Of a stretch of 64,000 bases of DNA, positions 26,777-40,467 are shown in pieces. How positions within the stretch are numbered: the first letter of the stretch is position 1; each line of letters starts with the position of its first letter. A program made the position numbers and the translations under genes. The stretch lies in NCBI GenBank assembly GCA_051294905.1, contig CM119372.1:25794001-25858000 (forward strand). The letters are read 5' to 3'. The notes beneath the pieces are model-generated. The model was not told the DNA's origin, searched no databases, and saw nothing but the letters and a program-made list of their open reading frames with translations. Source of the stretch: Botryllus schlosseri (taxonomy: Eukaryota).

Positions 26777-29700
26777 GTACAGTACCGTAGTATTAGTAGT
26801 AAGTCTACTGTAGTACGTGTAGCGTTCGAAAAATGTCAAATATAGTGATCTAGTGATATGATACGTTCATGGTTCATCCTTCATGTCTTTATATTATCCT
26901 AATCATGGGTCATATTTTATGCAGCATATGATTTCACTGGGAGAATTCCACCAATGGAGAGAAGACTATGGAATATCACTCTTGAAATAATTATTCGCTT
27001 GCTAACAAACCGGTCAAGGTGGTTGCTGTAGTTTCGGATGAGTCTTCGTGCGGATGTGGAAAGCGGCTGGCTGGTAAGATTTAATTGTATACTGCTGAAG
27101 AGTACCATTGCTTAGCATTGTATAATTCCGTTTGCAGATTGGAATGAAATACCATATCCTGATAATCTAAGATCAGCCTTGAGTTACCCGTCAAGCATAT
27201 TCAACCATCCATCACAAATCACGATACCATATGATGTTGCGAGGGCAGCTGCACACTGCACAGGTAAGACATTGTTTGATGCTGCACAACCTTTTACTCA
27301 TTGGAAACCTTATTAGTAGGTCGGTTTGTTTTTGACATGTCAAAATTTTGTCAAAATTGTAGCGTTAGGTCAAAATTTGTCAAAATTTTTCATGATGTCA
27401 AAACATTTTTGACGCCTTCATTTTGTTTGTATCGTAGATTTTGCAATGTCGGTGAACTTATAATTTGATATTTTACTGCTGGTAGCCTATTTTATAGGCC
27501 TGCCGTTGTAAACGGCTAATCGTCTGCTCATTGTGAATCATAAACGGTCACGTAAAACAAATAATAGGTAGACATGGTGTTATGGTCAACGTACCGCAAT
27601 ATCCTAAGTGAAGAAAGACTTCTTGTGCATTGCATCATTCTTATATTAAGAAGCGCATCATGAAAATTTGTGATGTAGACAACATTGTCAGCGCGAAGCA
27701 ACACGGTGTGTCAGCAGCACCAGCAGTGTACGCACAACTTGAGTGTTGTCAGCCAACAACTGCTGCTGTTGAACGTCCTTGGCAAGCTTCTTAGTAAGGA
27801 CGTGCACTTTCTACCCAAGAATGTAGGAAGTATCTCTCGTTGTACTACAAAATATTTTAATTATTTCTACCATAATACATATTGTAACCACTGGAATTCT
27901 TCATAGGGCCAGATTTCGTTAAAATATTGTTTTTTTCATGTAAAAAGTTGCCTGTTTCTAAGCCAAAAACGCTTTTTCAGGCCAAACTACTTCGTTAGGA
28001 CAGTCAGATCCAACCAGAAACGAAGATAAGTGGTACAATTTTAACATTATGTGGGAAAACACCTAATTTGCATAAGTTAGGTCAAAATTTGGTCAGAATT
28101 CAGTTTTTTTAGGTCAAAAAAAGTCAAAATTTGGATTTTTTAGGTCAAAATTTTCTTATTTTAGGTCAAAAAAAACCCGCCCTATTAGTCTTTTCTCCTC
28201 GGTCATGGTACAGTGTCGGGGGTTCTCACAAAGCCTGAATTTCTTGAAGTGGCATTATCATTTTCATAGTATTGTTGTGCTTTGTCCTTATCAGTGACCT
28301 TGAGCATTTTTCAAATGATTACATCTGTCAATAAATGAAATTTCCAATCATAGCCTACATGGAAACCAGTTGAAGCCGGCATTAGACTATATCGAGCATA
28401 CTTTGTATTGTAGCCATAAGCAGTTGCTGTTGCCTGCAAAACGCATCCTTGATTTTCCCTTGTTTGGGCAGTCCTCAAAGGGTGCACTCGCAAATATATT
28501 TAGTTTGGTACGAGATTAATTTTAGTGTATTTATTTATTTAGTATGTTATATTTTTATTCAGGTCTGCATGCAGGGAATTATGCAACATCAACGGAATTC
28601 ATCGCTTCTTTTGAAACTGATGATGGTAGCTCAATTCCATATTCCATGCGAACCCCAAATTGATGACTCGGAATATGAATGCATGGAATCGCTCTCAGAA
28701 GTGGCTTATACTATCTGGCCCTGGCGGGTTGGACAATTCACCAATCGTTCGTGGTGCACTGGTCGATATCCGTGCAGCCAGCCCACTATGAACCGGTTCT
28801 ATACCAATACCGAGAAAACCATTATCGAGAATGGTAATTACCAAGATTGCCATTGCCGAGATTGGACGTTACCGATAATGGACATTACCGGCGGTCGTCA
28901 AGCATGTCCAGGCCTACATGCAAGCTGTTTCTACTGAATGAATACTATTCAACCTGCAGGACTGCGATATGATATGTCGACATTTTTATTGCTAGTCCTT
29001 TTTGTTATCTTTTCCTGGACTGTGCCTCTTATTTACATGCTCTTGGTCAAGGTGGGGGACTGATTGAAATGACCGATCCAAATCATATAGGCGCTGTTCA
29101 ATCGTTTTCCTTATATTGCAATCTTGTGGTGTTTTGATCTGATGGAAATTTCAATAAAATGGATTGGACTACCCATATTTCGTGTCATCCAATTACATGG
29201 ATATATCACAGAAAGCACCCGTAAATTTGTTGTCAGATTTAAAATTAAAAGCACCCGTAAATTTGTTGTCAGATTTAAAATTGTTAAAGAGAAACGAAGA
29301 ATCGTACGAGAGAGAAAGCAGTATGCTTGGAAATGTGCTGCAAGGTCAGGTATAAGACGAAAAATAATAAAAAACTCATTTTCACATCTGAGGACTTTGA
29401 AGATAAGGTTTCTACATGTTAAGTTCTCGTCTATTGCAGAAAAGGTGCTGCAGACATGTGTTTAGATGCGGAGGCTAGTCGGAAATCCCGGTGCGAAGGG
29501 TGGTAGTTGTCTGCTTGCAGCCTGCAGCAAGTTGCAGGTTGGTCGTCAAGTCAGTGAGTACTCCAGTTCCATTGGGCAATGATACCAGGTCATCGAATTC
29601 GTGCGGCTATGGTGGACTGTAAAACTGGACGGTCATGACCAGCAATAATCCTGCATCCCGGCTAGTAATATTTTCGATCTACGCCAAGATTGATATTGCA

Positions 29701-30196
29701 GCATATATAAGGTATATTTCGTTTGAAGGTCACCCATTTATAAATGTTTCGTTTTAATGTCGTTGAAATACATACTGCAATCCTTGAAATCACACACAGC
29801 CAAATAATTCTCGACAAATAACCGTTAAAAGTCGAAATATAAGGTCGGCAAGCAAGGATTTCCATTACCGCAGGTTAGCGCCGACGGACTTTTGTGCAAC
29901 ATTTTGCGCTCCAGTACTCTCGTAACATTGCGCTTATTAGTCGGACGACTTGTCATAGTTGAGTGACTTTGGCATGGACCAGAGATGAGCACTGGGCTGG
30001 ACTTGGATTGGACAGTATCGGGACTATTTCCACACAGGCTCAAAGCCATTGGTCCATGGTGGGCCTTATTTTGGCCCCGGCCCGCCAGACGATTTCATCT
30101 GGCCAGCAAAATAATTCGGAGTAAATGGAAAAATGTGTATATAATCCAGCATGTTTTTGACAAAAGTTGAGAAACTTTTGTATATAAACGTAAGAC

Positions 30197-30258
30197 CGGG
30201 GCCTACGTATCGTAGCGTACGTATCGTACGTACCGGGGCCTAAGTATCGTAGGCCCCG
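30197..30258. mobile_element. Probable transposon excision footprint with filler DNA
   Basis: CGGGGCCTACG...TATCGTAGGCCCCG flanked by a 7-bp duplication GTAAGAC. Confidence 0.6.
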
Positions 30259-31311
30259 GTAAGACCTTGATAGCTTTCACAGCAACAGCCAATGTCGGAC
30301 CTGTTCCTTGGTCACATTATAGCATCTAGTCATTTGACGGAAGAGTTCAGTTTTCACTCAAGCAATCATTCGTAACAAAGTCTGTGACATTTGCAACTAA
30401 TTACGAGAAGGAAAAAAGCGCATATTCAGTTCAGAGTTTTCTAGAAAAATAGCCAATGATCTTACGAGTTACGATGACAGACGCCCAGCAAACACAAAAC
30501 ATATTAAAGATATTTTTTAAATATCTTTCACGAGTTCGAAATATATCCAACAATTATGTACGAAAGATATACATTTGTCGACAGAAATGGATATATATAA
30601 GACATATTTCGAAGATATATATAAGATATCCTGGCGGACAACCTTCATGTTACCCGCAATAATATCGCTCGGCCGGAAGTCTTGTGAGGGTAGGGAATCG
30701 CATCCGCGGGTGAAGGGATGCATGTAACTGCGGAGTCGTCCTACATGTTTTAACCAATGTAATCGCAGAAATTCACGACACAACATTAATCGCTAACTAA
30801 CATACCACTTACCAACTCGTATGCATTGCTCGAATCAATATATACATGAGTCTGGGTATATAATAGCATTTACGGTGAGTGCGTAATGCCACCACCATTA
30901 TGTGAAATGACATGAAAAATGACAGAGTTCTTCGTATTTTTGTTCTGGTGCAAATGCAACCTACATTTGACATATTTCAAGTGTGACATGTGACCAACTT
31001 TGTACCACCAAATACCCATATCCGGGATCGGCTTTTTCCGTAGTACGTCTGATTCAGACAGATATAATTTACAGACCAGCGGGGCTCATGCACTTTTGAA
31101 CCTCAAATCTATTTACAATGCAGCCGCGGACTGGATGCGGATTCTGCTTAACCAGTCGAATTTTAGCTCGGTTTTTCTGTTATAAATATAACATGATTTT
31201 GGCGGGAGTTTTTCGGACACAGAATACAAAAATCACCAGCCGGATTTTCCGGATTTTCAAATTGCCACATGAAGCCGGGTGGATTCGCATTCCAAAATAT
31301 GGGGTTAGAAT

Positions 31312-31874
31312 TAGAGGTCGACCGATATTGATTTTTAAAGGCCGATACCGATACCGATATATCGGCCACTCACAAGGCCGATACCGATATCATAGGCCGA
31401 TATTAATATGGACTAAGCAGAGAACAATTTCACCAAAACTATTATATATTAGGCAAGATGGCACTTGTTCATGCCACAGAAAGCTGAACAACAAACGAGA
31501 AAACTGAAATTGAAAAGAATTATTCCTTAATTGTGCACATTCGATGAAATTTGGGATAACCAAAAAAGCAAAATATGATACAGAATTGCAGATCAGTTCA
31601 GAAAAGGTGCATTATAATGCAGGAAGCATAGTTTCTCTGCATGCTCACCCAGCTAAACTCGTCCTGCAAGGGTAAATCTGTCATATATTGCCCTTTGCGT
31701 CGTCGATTTCTTGAGATTGAAAACACGGAGCATTGAATTTCCGAAATTTTTGAATGTTTTTTAAATATAAAATATCGGCCGCGATATCGGCCTTCATTGG
31801 CCGATACCGATAATCGGGAAAGCTCTAAATATCGGCCTCGATAATCGGCCATGTCGATAATCGGTCGACCTCTA
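31312..31874. mobile_element. hAT-like MITE with CCGATA repeats
   Basis: TIR TAGAGGTCGACCGAT / ATCGGTCGACCTCTA; perfect TSD GTTAGAAT. Confidence 0.9.
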
Positions 31875-32225
31875 GTTAGAATCCGACTGCGTAATAATAC
31901 CAAACACACTAATAGTCATATTCGCTGGAGGCTTTGTTAAACGCTCAGCACCGAAAGCAGCGGATGTGACGGAGCGCAATGATGCGGGCTAATAAATATG
32001 ATACTGATGTTTGGCCTGCAAAATCGCACGAAGTAGCGTGACACTAGGAGAAACATTCGGTAGTGACACTTATGGTGACTCTAAATCACCCTAAGAGTAA
32101 AAATTCAATATAATCTACTGTACCTATATAAACGCCACTCTACCATAATAGGAAACAATATTCGAATTTGATTTTCCTCACAAATATATTTTCAGCATTC
32201 GAAAAAATTTGGCCAACAAAAATTC

Positions 32226-32490
32226 GTGCTTCAGCACAAGGTATGCACAAAATATGATTTGGACATAACTGGCCAAGAAAAAGGTATATTCAAGTTGTGC
32301 TTTAGCACAAGGTATGCACAAGATACGATTTGGACATTACTGGATAAGAAAAATATATATTTAAGTTGTGCTTCAGCACAAGGTATGCACAAGACATGAT
32401 TTGGACATGACTGGCCAAGAAAAATATATATTTAAGTTGTGCTTCAGCACAAGGTATGCACAAGATATGATTTGAACATGACTGGACAAT
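32226..32490. repeat. 71-bp tandem repeat (~3.7 units)
   Basis: GTGCTTCAGCACAAGGTATGCACAA-type unit at 32226, 32297, 32368 and 32439. Confidence 0.9.
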
Positions 32491-32564
32491 AAACGGATAT
32501 CCTGACATGTTCAAAAGATATCTCGTGTTTGCTGGCGTATACACTCTGAGCTACATATCCTGTG

Positions 32565-32982
32565 TAGAGCCCGACCGATATTGTATTTTTAGGCCGATAC
32601 TGGTAAAACTGATATCTAACACCTTCACCGATAACACCGATATGTTCAGCCGATATTTAGATCAGGTGGAATCTGCCTCAAAAGTCGCATTTTAAAAACT
32701 TCAGATCATTCATTTCAACAGCTTTATAGCCATTGTCATACTTGAACATGTAATAAACTAGAAAGGCTGAATCTGGACACTTTGAAAGTTTAAGATATAT
32801 GAAATACAGCAATATTCTTAGTCTAGTGGTCAAGAATTATAGTTTTCTGACTTGATGCCATCATGTTGTGACGTCACAAAGATTGCCGATATCTTTTCAC
32901 CTACAATGGCCGATACCGATAATTCTTTCAAAGTCTAGTATCGACTCTATATTATCGGCGAACCGTAATCGGTCGGGCTCTA
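32565..32982. mobile_element. hAT-like MITE with CCGATA repeats
   Basis: TIR TAGAGCCCGACCGAT / ATCGGTCGGGCTCTA; perfect TSD ATCCTGTG. Confidence 0.9.
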
Positions 32983-33610
32983 ATCCTGTGTGTGGGGAGG
33001 GGGAGGGTCCGGGGCATGGAGAAGTACTGTTTCGGTCCCGATAACCATACTATGATAAAAAAGTAGAAGCCATAGGAATTAGTTAAGTCATTTCAAGTGA
33101 GGATTATTTGCTCATTTGTATACACACTTCTTGCATTCACGATGTTGTAAATGTATTCGACGGTTGGCCAAATTGATATCGTAAATCTGCTCGAAATAAA
33201 ACCGAGACAATGTAGTTGGATGCAAACTGATAACTTTTTTGACCCAAAGACACTTGTTGGCTGAATTGTCTACGCTATAGCGGAGTCAATAATCAATAGG
33301 GTAACCATATTTTTGGAATATGAAAATGGGAAACCTTTAACAAATTTCCAGACTTACAATATAGGAGTATAATCCGGTATCACTTTTCACAGGAATATAT
33401 CGCTTTCGTCAATGTGCGTAGCCTTAATGTGCAATAGGTTTTTAATGGCGGAATGGTTTCCAAGGTTGTAGTGACAGAAGAAAGTATCGATATTAGCCTA
33501 TCATGCACGTTAAAAAAAATATCTGCTATGGACAAGGGACGCATAATTTCAGTTTCCGAAAAATCGTCTCTCACTCTACTACTGTATCCTACCGACAAGA
33601 TAACGTAAAA

Positions 33611-33727
33611 GTGGAGCATTCGCTCGTCTTGATCGGTAGGTCGCGGGTTCAATCCTCGGCCGGGTCAGACCAACGACCCAATTAGTCACACTGGTATCCA
33701 TTGCTTTCCCGCTTGGCGCTCAGCACA
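33611..33727 (+). mobile_element. tRNA-derived SINE
   Basis: B-box GGTTCAATCC (33646-33655), then GGGTCAGACC...GGTATCCATTGCTTTCCCGCTTGGCGCTCAGCA; a second copy at ~34000-34110. Confidence 0.7.
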
Positions 33728-34725
33728 ACAGGGATACCATGGAGGGGTGGTGCAAATCTTTGAAAGTTATGCAAGGCTACTTATGCGCCTTCCTTGTCTA
33801 GCACCATATGCACATCTAGCACTCATGGTATGCATATGCAGCATGCACAGATCGTGTGTATATGTATAATGTATATCATGATTCGGTGTGCATGCCGCAA
33901 AATCACTAATGACAAAAATATATAACGTTGTGTTCCTACTATGCTCAAATCATTATAATCACAGCGTTGTATGCCGTGCAGGTGCAAGCACGGTCACGAG
34001 CGGGATGGTCTAATGGTGATGCGTCCGGCTTCTTGATCGGTAGGTCGTGGGTTAATCCCCGACCGGGTCAGACCAAATACTCGAAAACTCGTATCCGCGG
34101 CTATCCAGCATACATAGGCCTACATACATAATTGAAATTTGACATGGTACATTCTGTTGTGATGTCATATTAGTGATACTCGAATACTCGACTCGAAGCA
34201 TAATACGTGATTCAGAATCGAATCGCTCTGGTACTCGATTTTGCTCAGCCCTAGTGGTAAACTTCTGACTCAAACAGCTATATGAAAAGCATCCACGGGA
34301 TAGATTGGTAAGTCCGTTTCAGATCTTGCTGCTGCATATATTCAAAACTTTTTAATTGCGTTAGCCACTCCAACGCCAACGTCACGGGTGGGGGTCAAAA
34401 TGTATGTTATAAAATAAATGACGCGTGTATGGTCTGAGCGAAACCGGAATAAAATTTACGAATGGAAGATATAACTTGGGTAACTTTTGTGACAGCATGT
34501 GACAACGAACAAGTCGTTATGCGACGTCACTTATACTTCTCGTGACAATGTAAAAAATAAAAGGGACGGTACAATAAATTGCTAATGCTCTATCAAGCAG
34601 CTCTCACGTCGAAATTACGTTTGAATTTCAATGAAAACGCTATCGGATTCGTTATTATTTCGGTTATTGCTTGTAATACATCTCAGTAGTGTATTAGTTC
34701 CTCTCTGACAGTAATTTGTCTGAAG

Positions 34726-35902
34726 TAGTGTTGGGACGACTCGAGTAACTATGCAAAAATTACTTCACTTGACATGAGTCAGCGTTTCAAAAATGTGAAT
34801 TGGTTCATGACTCGAAGGCAAATTCTCTAGTCAATTTCAAGTGATCAAGTAAACGGTGTCCTCTAAGTCATTGTACTTGAGTAGATATTTTCGACAGACA
34901 GCCGGCAAGATGCTGTTCCGCAATTGGGGTCCGGCATACTTGATAGAGAAATGCGTTTTCTTGTATTCGTCCTGATCATATGCACATCCGCTTATTCAAC
35001 GATTGCGCAGCTTGATTTTACTGAGCCTCCGTCGGTATGTCACAAATAAATTGAGCGCATACGAAGTGAATGTGAATAATGCTTAAGTTGTCGTATCTAT
35101 GGCAGTGCATTTACGTTCTGTATAGTGCTCAGTGCCAGTGTTAACGATCTTCTTGTATGATTTAAATCGGACTGATATATTTTTACATTTATATTATTCG
35201 TCAACAATTGGTGTAGGCTAAAATCGTATCATATGGAGGTGTAAGCGGATATTGCATTGCATAATATCAGTTTGTTTCGACCTTCAGAGGTTTCATATTC
35301 TATCATCCTTTTGGTTGAGAGTTACCTACGCAGTTTAGCAGTTCTACGTAGGATAGATGAGTCATACAACTCCTCGGTGAAGGTGCAATTAACACGATAT
35401 TTGTTACTCAATTCAGAATTAATAGCGACTCAATTAGTATACTTTGTGGGGAAGTTAGCGTAGTGATGACAATAACGCCTGCCGCCTTCTATCTGGGCGC
35501 GCCATGTTCGATTTCGCGTCGGAGGTTTATCTGGGCTCCTCTTCACCCGCGTCGCTGTCTGCCCAGAAAAAGCACCGATGAAAGAACACACTCCCGAGGA
35601 ATGGAAAGAGCAAGAAAGAACTGCGGATTAAAGATTAACATCGAAAAGAGCTGTGACATCGGGCACTAGGCCAAGGTGACCCCATCTGCTCGTTCGGCAT
35701 CCCCCTATCTGTTCACGACATTGCGTTGCGTCTTATCGCATTGTACGTTGTGTGTCTCGTGTTCACATCAAAATATAATCTGACCATTATTTCACTTGAC
35801 CTGACTCGAGTCACCTCCAAAAATCTAATCGAGTTAAAATGTGCATGTGCAATGACTCGACATGACTTATGACTTGAAGGTAGTGACTTGATCCCAACAC
35901 TG
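34726..35902. mobile_element. hAT-like element with GACTCGAG repeats
   Basis: TAGTGTTGGGA / TCCCAACACTG termini; TSD GTCTGAAG/GCCTGAAG (1 mismatch). Confidence 0.7.
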
Positions 35903-37272
35903 GCCTGAAGAGGTAGGCCTATACGAAGCTTCGCTATGACTAGCTAGGCCTACAATTGGACGAAATTTCGTATTTTCGATGTGTGATGATCTTTATTACA
36001 TACGTATATAAGGCTTTGATAAACTGAAACGAGCACTACATTACGCATCTATAGCTACGTCAACAACCAAGGTACAAAAGAAGGACAGTTTAGTAGAAAC
36101 ACCATCAGAGTAGATCGGTGAACGGTCAATAATGAGTCTTTACATAAAAATAAAGAAAGAGACAACATGGCGCAATAATTTGCAACAAGCTGTTTATTCA
36201 TTTATGCGCGTAGTCCAGGCCATTAGCCAACCTGCGGCCGTAAGGAAATTTGTGCGGCTGTCGACATGTTATGCGATTAGTAGGTGTTGGCGGCCGTCGA
36301 CATGTAAATTGAATTTTCGAATTGACTTTCGAATATTTGAGAGATTTTAATTAATCTTGAAATTTCCTTCGCGCTACGCGCGATTCAATGCTACTTCCTT
36401 TTTCGATTTTAGTATAGTAGCGCCCTTTGCAATCTGAGCACCACGGTACAAATTCCAACAGCGGAGGATAATGACGCACCCCATACAGAAATATGAACTG
36501 TACTAACTCGTAATAACTCCACACGAAAGAAATTGGTTTCTGGTAAGTTTGGGTGATTCCAGTATCTTGTCACTATACCCACAATCCTAATAGGAGGTCA
36601 AGCGATGAGAGCATGCAGCAAAGTGACTCATAACAATTGGCCCACCCAAAGATGCCTCATCATTAGGGCGATTTTTTTTATTTAAAAAACGGGAGATTTT
36701 GACCTACAAAATCAAAATTGTGACATCTTTTGACCTTAAGAATCTTACTTTTGACCGAATTTGACCTGACGTATGCAAATTAGGTGTTTTCCCATATAAT
36801 GTTAGAATTGTACTACTTATCTTAATTTTTTTAACTCGAAAACTAACAAATTTTTACATGAAAAAAACTTTATTTTAAACGAAATCTGGCCCTATATGAA
36901 CAACTTCAGTAGTCATATCACGTATTATGGTAGAAATAATTGAAGTTTGTTGTAGTAGCCTACAACGAAATATACTTATTCCTACATTCTCGGGTAGAAA
37001 CTGTCTGTCCTTACTAAGTAGCTTGCCAAGAATGGAGAAATAACGTTCAACAACAGCAGTTGTTGGCTGACAACTTGTGCGTACACTGCTGGCGACAAAC
37101 CGTGTTGCTTGATTCTGACATCGGTGTCTACATCAGTGATTCTCAACCTTTTTCACCTCACGGACCTGTAAAATTTCCAAAAATATTTGGCGGACCGGTG
37201 GACTTTCAAAAATTGAAATCAACTCAGAACGGGAAGTATGCCAACGTTTTTTGCAAGTATATGGTGCTAGAG

Positions 37273-38644
37273 CAGGGGTGGGCAATTATTTTCCTCCGCG
37301 GGCCAAGTGAGAAAAATAAATACGTTGGCGGGCCGAATGAAAAAATTTAGCTATATTCTTCAGCTTATTTTGCTATTATTTCCAAATTACATTGTTAATA
37401 AATGCTGCCTAGTGAATTTGTTGATATTATGTAATGGAGAAAGTGACGGTTAATTGAAAAAATATCGATTTGCTCTCATGATTGGAAACATAATAGTAAA
37501 CATGATACATTTCAGCTCAATACACCCATCTCCACGTTCTTATATTAAGACTCTGAAACAGTGGTTCTCAAACTTTTTTGGGCTCGCCTTCTTTTATGAT
37601 AGTGAACAGTTCCGCGCCCACTTATCATGATATCACAAAATATTGAAAAGTGCAACCAGAATGCTAGCAACCCCAACGGATAGTTTGATGGTATTGAAGA
37701 TTATGGCTGTTGATGAGAGAATGGTGAAATCCAAGTCGGACAATACAAAGAGCAAGAAGCATAAGCTGGTGGTATATCGCGCGGAGCGCGAAAATGTTTT
37801 TTTAAAACTAAGGCTTCGCGCTACCCTTCTGAGTTCTGACGCTATCACGTCTCCCAGTTCGAGAACCACTACAATGGAATGTATTATGCAATAGTACAAA
37901 ACATATTTTATTGGTCGCTGCCTTCCTAGCGGTGTGCAGCTTAAATAGCTTTTATGTTGAGCGAACCTTGTGATTTTTCTGAACTTCTCCCCCCCTTGAC
38001 CGAGTGTATCGTGCTTTTGTCAAAAGACCCACTTTAATTAAAATCCTTAATCTCAGAAACATGTTCGGCAAAAACTGAAAGGATGGGTTTACCCATGACT
38101 CAAGTATGCGAATATTTAGTGTTCTGAATTATGAACCTAAACCTTCTTTGAATTTGAGTTTTCGGCTTTGTTTTTTTCTGACATGCCCGTTCATTCTTTA
38201 TGGGGGATATATATGATAAGTCATGCGTAGTAATCGCAAGCAATAAGTGATTGACTTGTTTTACGAATTGGGCATTTGGAAACATATCACGTAACAAATT
38301 TAAACACATACCGCATAATGCGTAATGTGGCAATGTCAACAAGGAAAGTTTGAACTAAACTATATGGAAAGAGTGATTTCTTGTGACTTTGATTTTTACT
38401 CATGCCTTGCCAAATTGCCTTTATTTTGAATCTGGATTACGCATGCCAGGTACGTAGGCATCGTAATCGTGGCATAATAATGATCAGGCTTCAAAGTAAA
38501 CGAATTTACTGTTCATTTGATACAGTCTTTGGTTTTAGTAATTCAAATAGCAAATTTTTTGAATTTCAAGCAACCTTTCGCGGGCCGCACTGGACAGCTT
38601 CGCGGGCCGCATTTGGCCCGCGGCGCGCACTTTGCCCAGGTCTG
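37273..38644. mobile_element. hAT/Charlie-like element
   Basis: CAGGGGTGGGCAA / TTGCCCAGGTCTG termini with GCGGGCC subterminal motifs; perfect TSD TGCTAGAG. Confidence 0.85.
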
Positions 38645-39189
38645 TGCTAGAGAGTGACATTTTGAGGGTTTTGATCGTAATTAAATATGTTCATGATGGC
38701 ATCCATGTGATTTTACCGTCGTGAGTCTAATGAGTCGAGGTAAAATTGCCTTACCCAGATAAACGTGCTAGAGCCGAGAGTCGTTTACGGTCTTGTGCGC
38801 CGAAGGCCATTGATTTAACCGAACAAGCTAATTCGAATATTATTCTTCTCTTCGACAACATCGAGAGAACACGCGTTTTGGAGTCGAACCCAGGACCTTG
38901 TAGTGCTACCTTGCTCATTGCCCACTACCACCAGACGTAGGCTACTCTGGCTACTATGAATACAATGCGCCGCACGAAAACACCCGACAACAGCTATACC
39001 TGGCCATCCACAAAATCAGGACAGATCGTCAGCTTACCAGCTCAGAAACGTTGGTCTTGGCCCACACCGGGTGATAAAGCAAAGTTCTGGGGGGCACTCT
39101 GTGGGTAAATAACGATTGACGAATTCACGTAAATGTCATTTCCACTAACGTACTTAGTTTTGTACCGCATCTTTGGATGCGGTGATACT

Positions 39190-40467
39190 CGGAGGTGGTC
39201 AAAGTAGTCAAGAAAGCTACTCAAGTAGAAGTAGAAGTAGCAACGAAAAAATTTACTCAAGTACGAATAGAAGTACTTCTTTATTAAGCCACCTGTAACT
39301 ACTTGAAGTAGAAGTAGAATTGACTGACTTTAGATCTATTCAAGTAAGTAAGTAGTTTTGAAAACAGTCTTAATTCGTTCGCATGCACTGTCAAAAGCTG
39401 CGAATTGAGCTACGCGGAAGGTGCAGAGAGCTTGATCCGTATTGACGCATCCCTGGAGGTATCAATTTTCGACAGATTAAGCATTGTTTCGTATCGTGGG
39501 ATGCAAATTATAGCATTGATTTGAAAATGCGATACTAACCATTTGTTTACTCGAAGACCCCGTTTTAGAGATTATCATTGCATGGCGCCCGACCCCATAT
39601 TATAATGCCCCAAGTTTAGGCGAATATCAATACGTAGAGTTGTATCGGATCCGGTTTCATCACTTTGTGCGATTAGTATACGTTAATAACAAATATTGTG
39701 GATCGTAAAAGTTATATTTAGTGTAGCTTTATTTTCGGAAAATAAAGGCATTACTACACTTGCTTTTACGCTTCAATATGCATGTTCTGCAGACGGAAGA
39801 ACTGAAAGTAATTAGAACTCAAAGTATGATACTGGGAATTGAAAGTGAAATGCAAATACCACTTCTAAAAAGCGGAAACTATATTTCCTGTCTTTTGTCC
39901 ATAAAGCTTCAAAGGTGATCTGCTAAAACAGGTGTAACGTTCAAAAAAGCTGGATTTTCCAGATTAGCAAGACACGTAATGGGCTGCTAGATTACGATAT
40001 GATAAGTAATTGCTAGATTGCGAAACGGTAGTTTCAAACGTTATAGTGGGTTATATTTACTATGATGAAATATTTGGTATGGGCAACAATGCGGTGTGAG
40101 CGGAACCAAGCATTCCGGTACCTATAAATTATATTCACTGATACTTTCGTGAAAACATATTTGTCACTCCACAACTACCGTGCGCGAAACGCAACAAAAC
40201 TTTTGGGCTTTACTTGACTTTTAGGAATACTAACTGTTGGTACTCCGTGAAAACAGCCCCGAAATTCATCAGGCTATCTTTCGCATTGGGGGATTAAACT
40301 ACTTTTACTTGACAAACTGAGAATAGCGAAAAGTAAGTAAGTAGATCACAAAATATTACGAAGTAGAAGTAGAAGAAATCAGATCTACTTGAGTACGTAC
40401 CAGAAGTAGAGGAAAAATACTTGAGTACTTCCAAAAAGTAGAAGTACTTCGTTACTGACCACCTCTG
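39190..40467. mobile_element. hAT-like element with GAAGTA repeats
   Basis: CGGAGGTGGTCA / TGACCACCTCTG termini; perfect TSD GTGATACT. Confidence 0.85.

Larger units (their letters stand above)
17225..29971. mobile_element. P-element-like transposon (outer element, ~3.5 kb without the nested insert)
   Basis: Perfect 31-bp TIR CAAAGTCACTCAACTATGACAAGTCGTCCGA (17225-17255; reverse complement at 29941-29971); perfect 8-bp TSD GCATGGAC (17217-17224, 29972-29979); 21-bp subterminal inverted repeat 26521-26541 / 29892-29912. Confidence 0.85.
30484..32535. mobile_element. Non-autonomous element with CCAGCAAACAC termini (possibly EnSpm/CACTA-like)
   Basis: CCAGCAAACAC near 30485 and GTGTTTGCTGG near 32525-32535; contains a subterminal 71-bp tandem array and a nested MITE. 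Confidence 0.5.

Noticed and set aside
33611..34110. tRNA genes
   Set aside because: Degenerate tRNA-like heads without a complete cloverleaf, followed by a shared non-tRNA body; these are SINEs.
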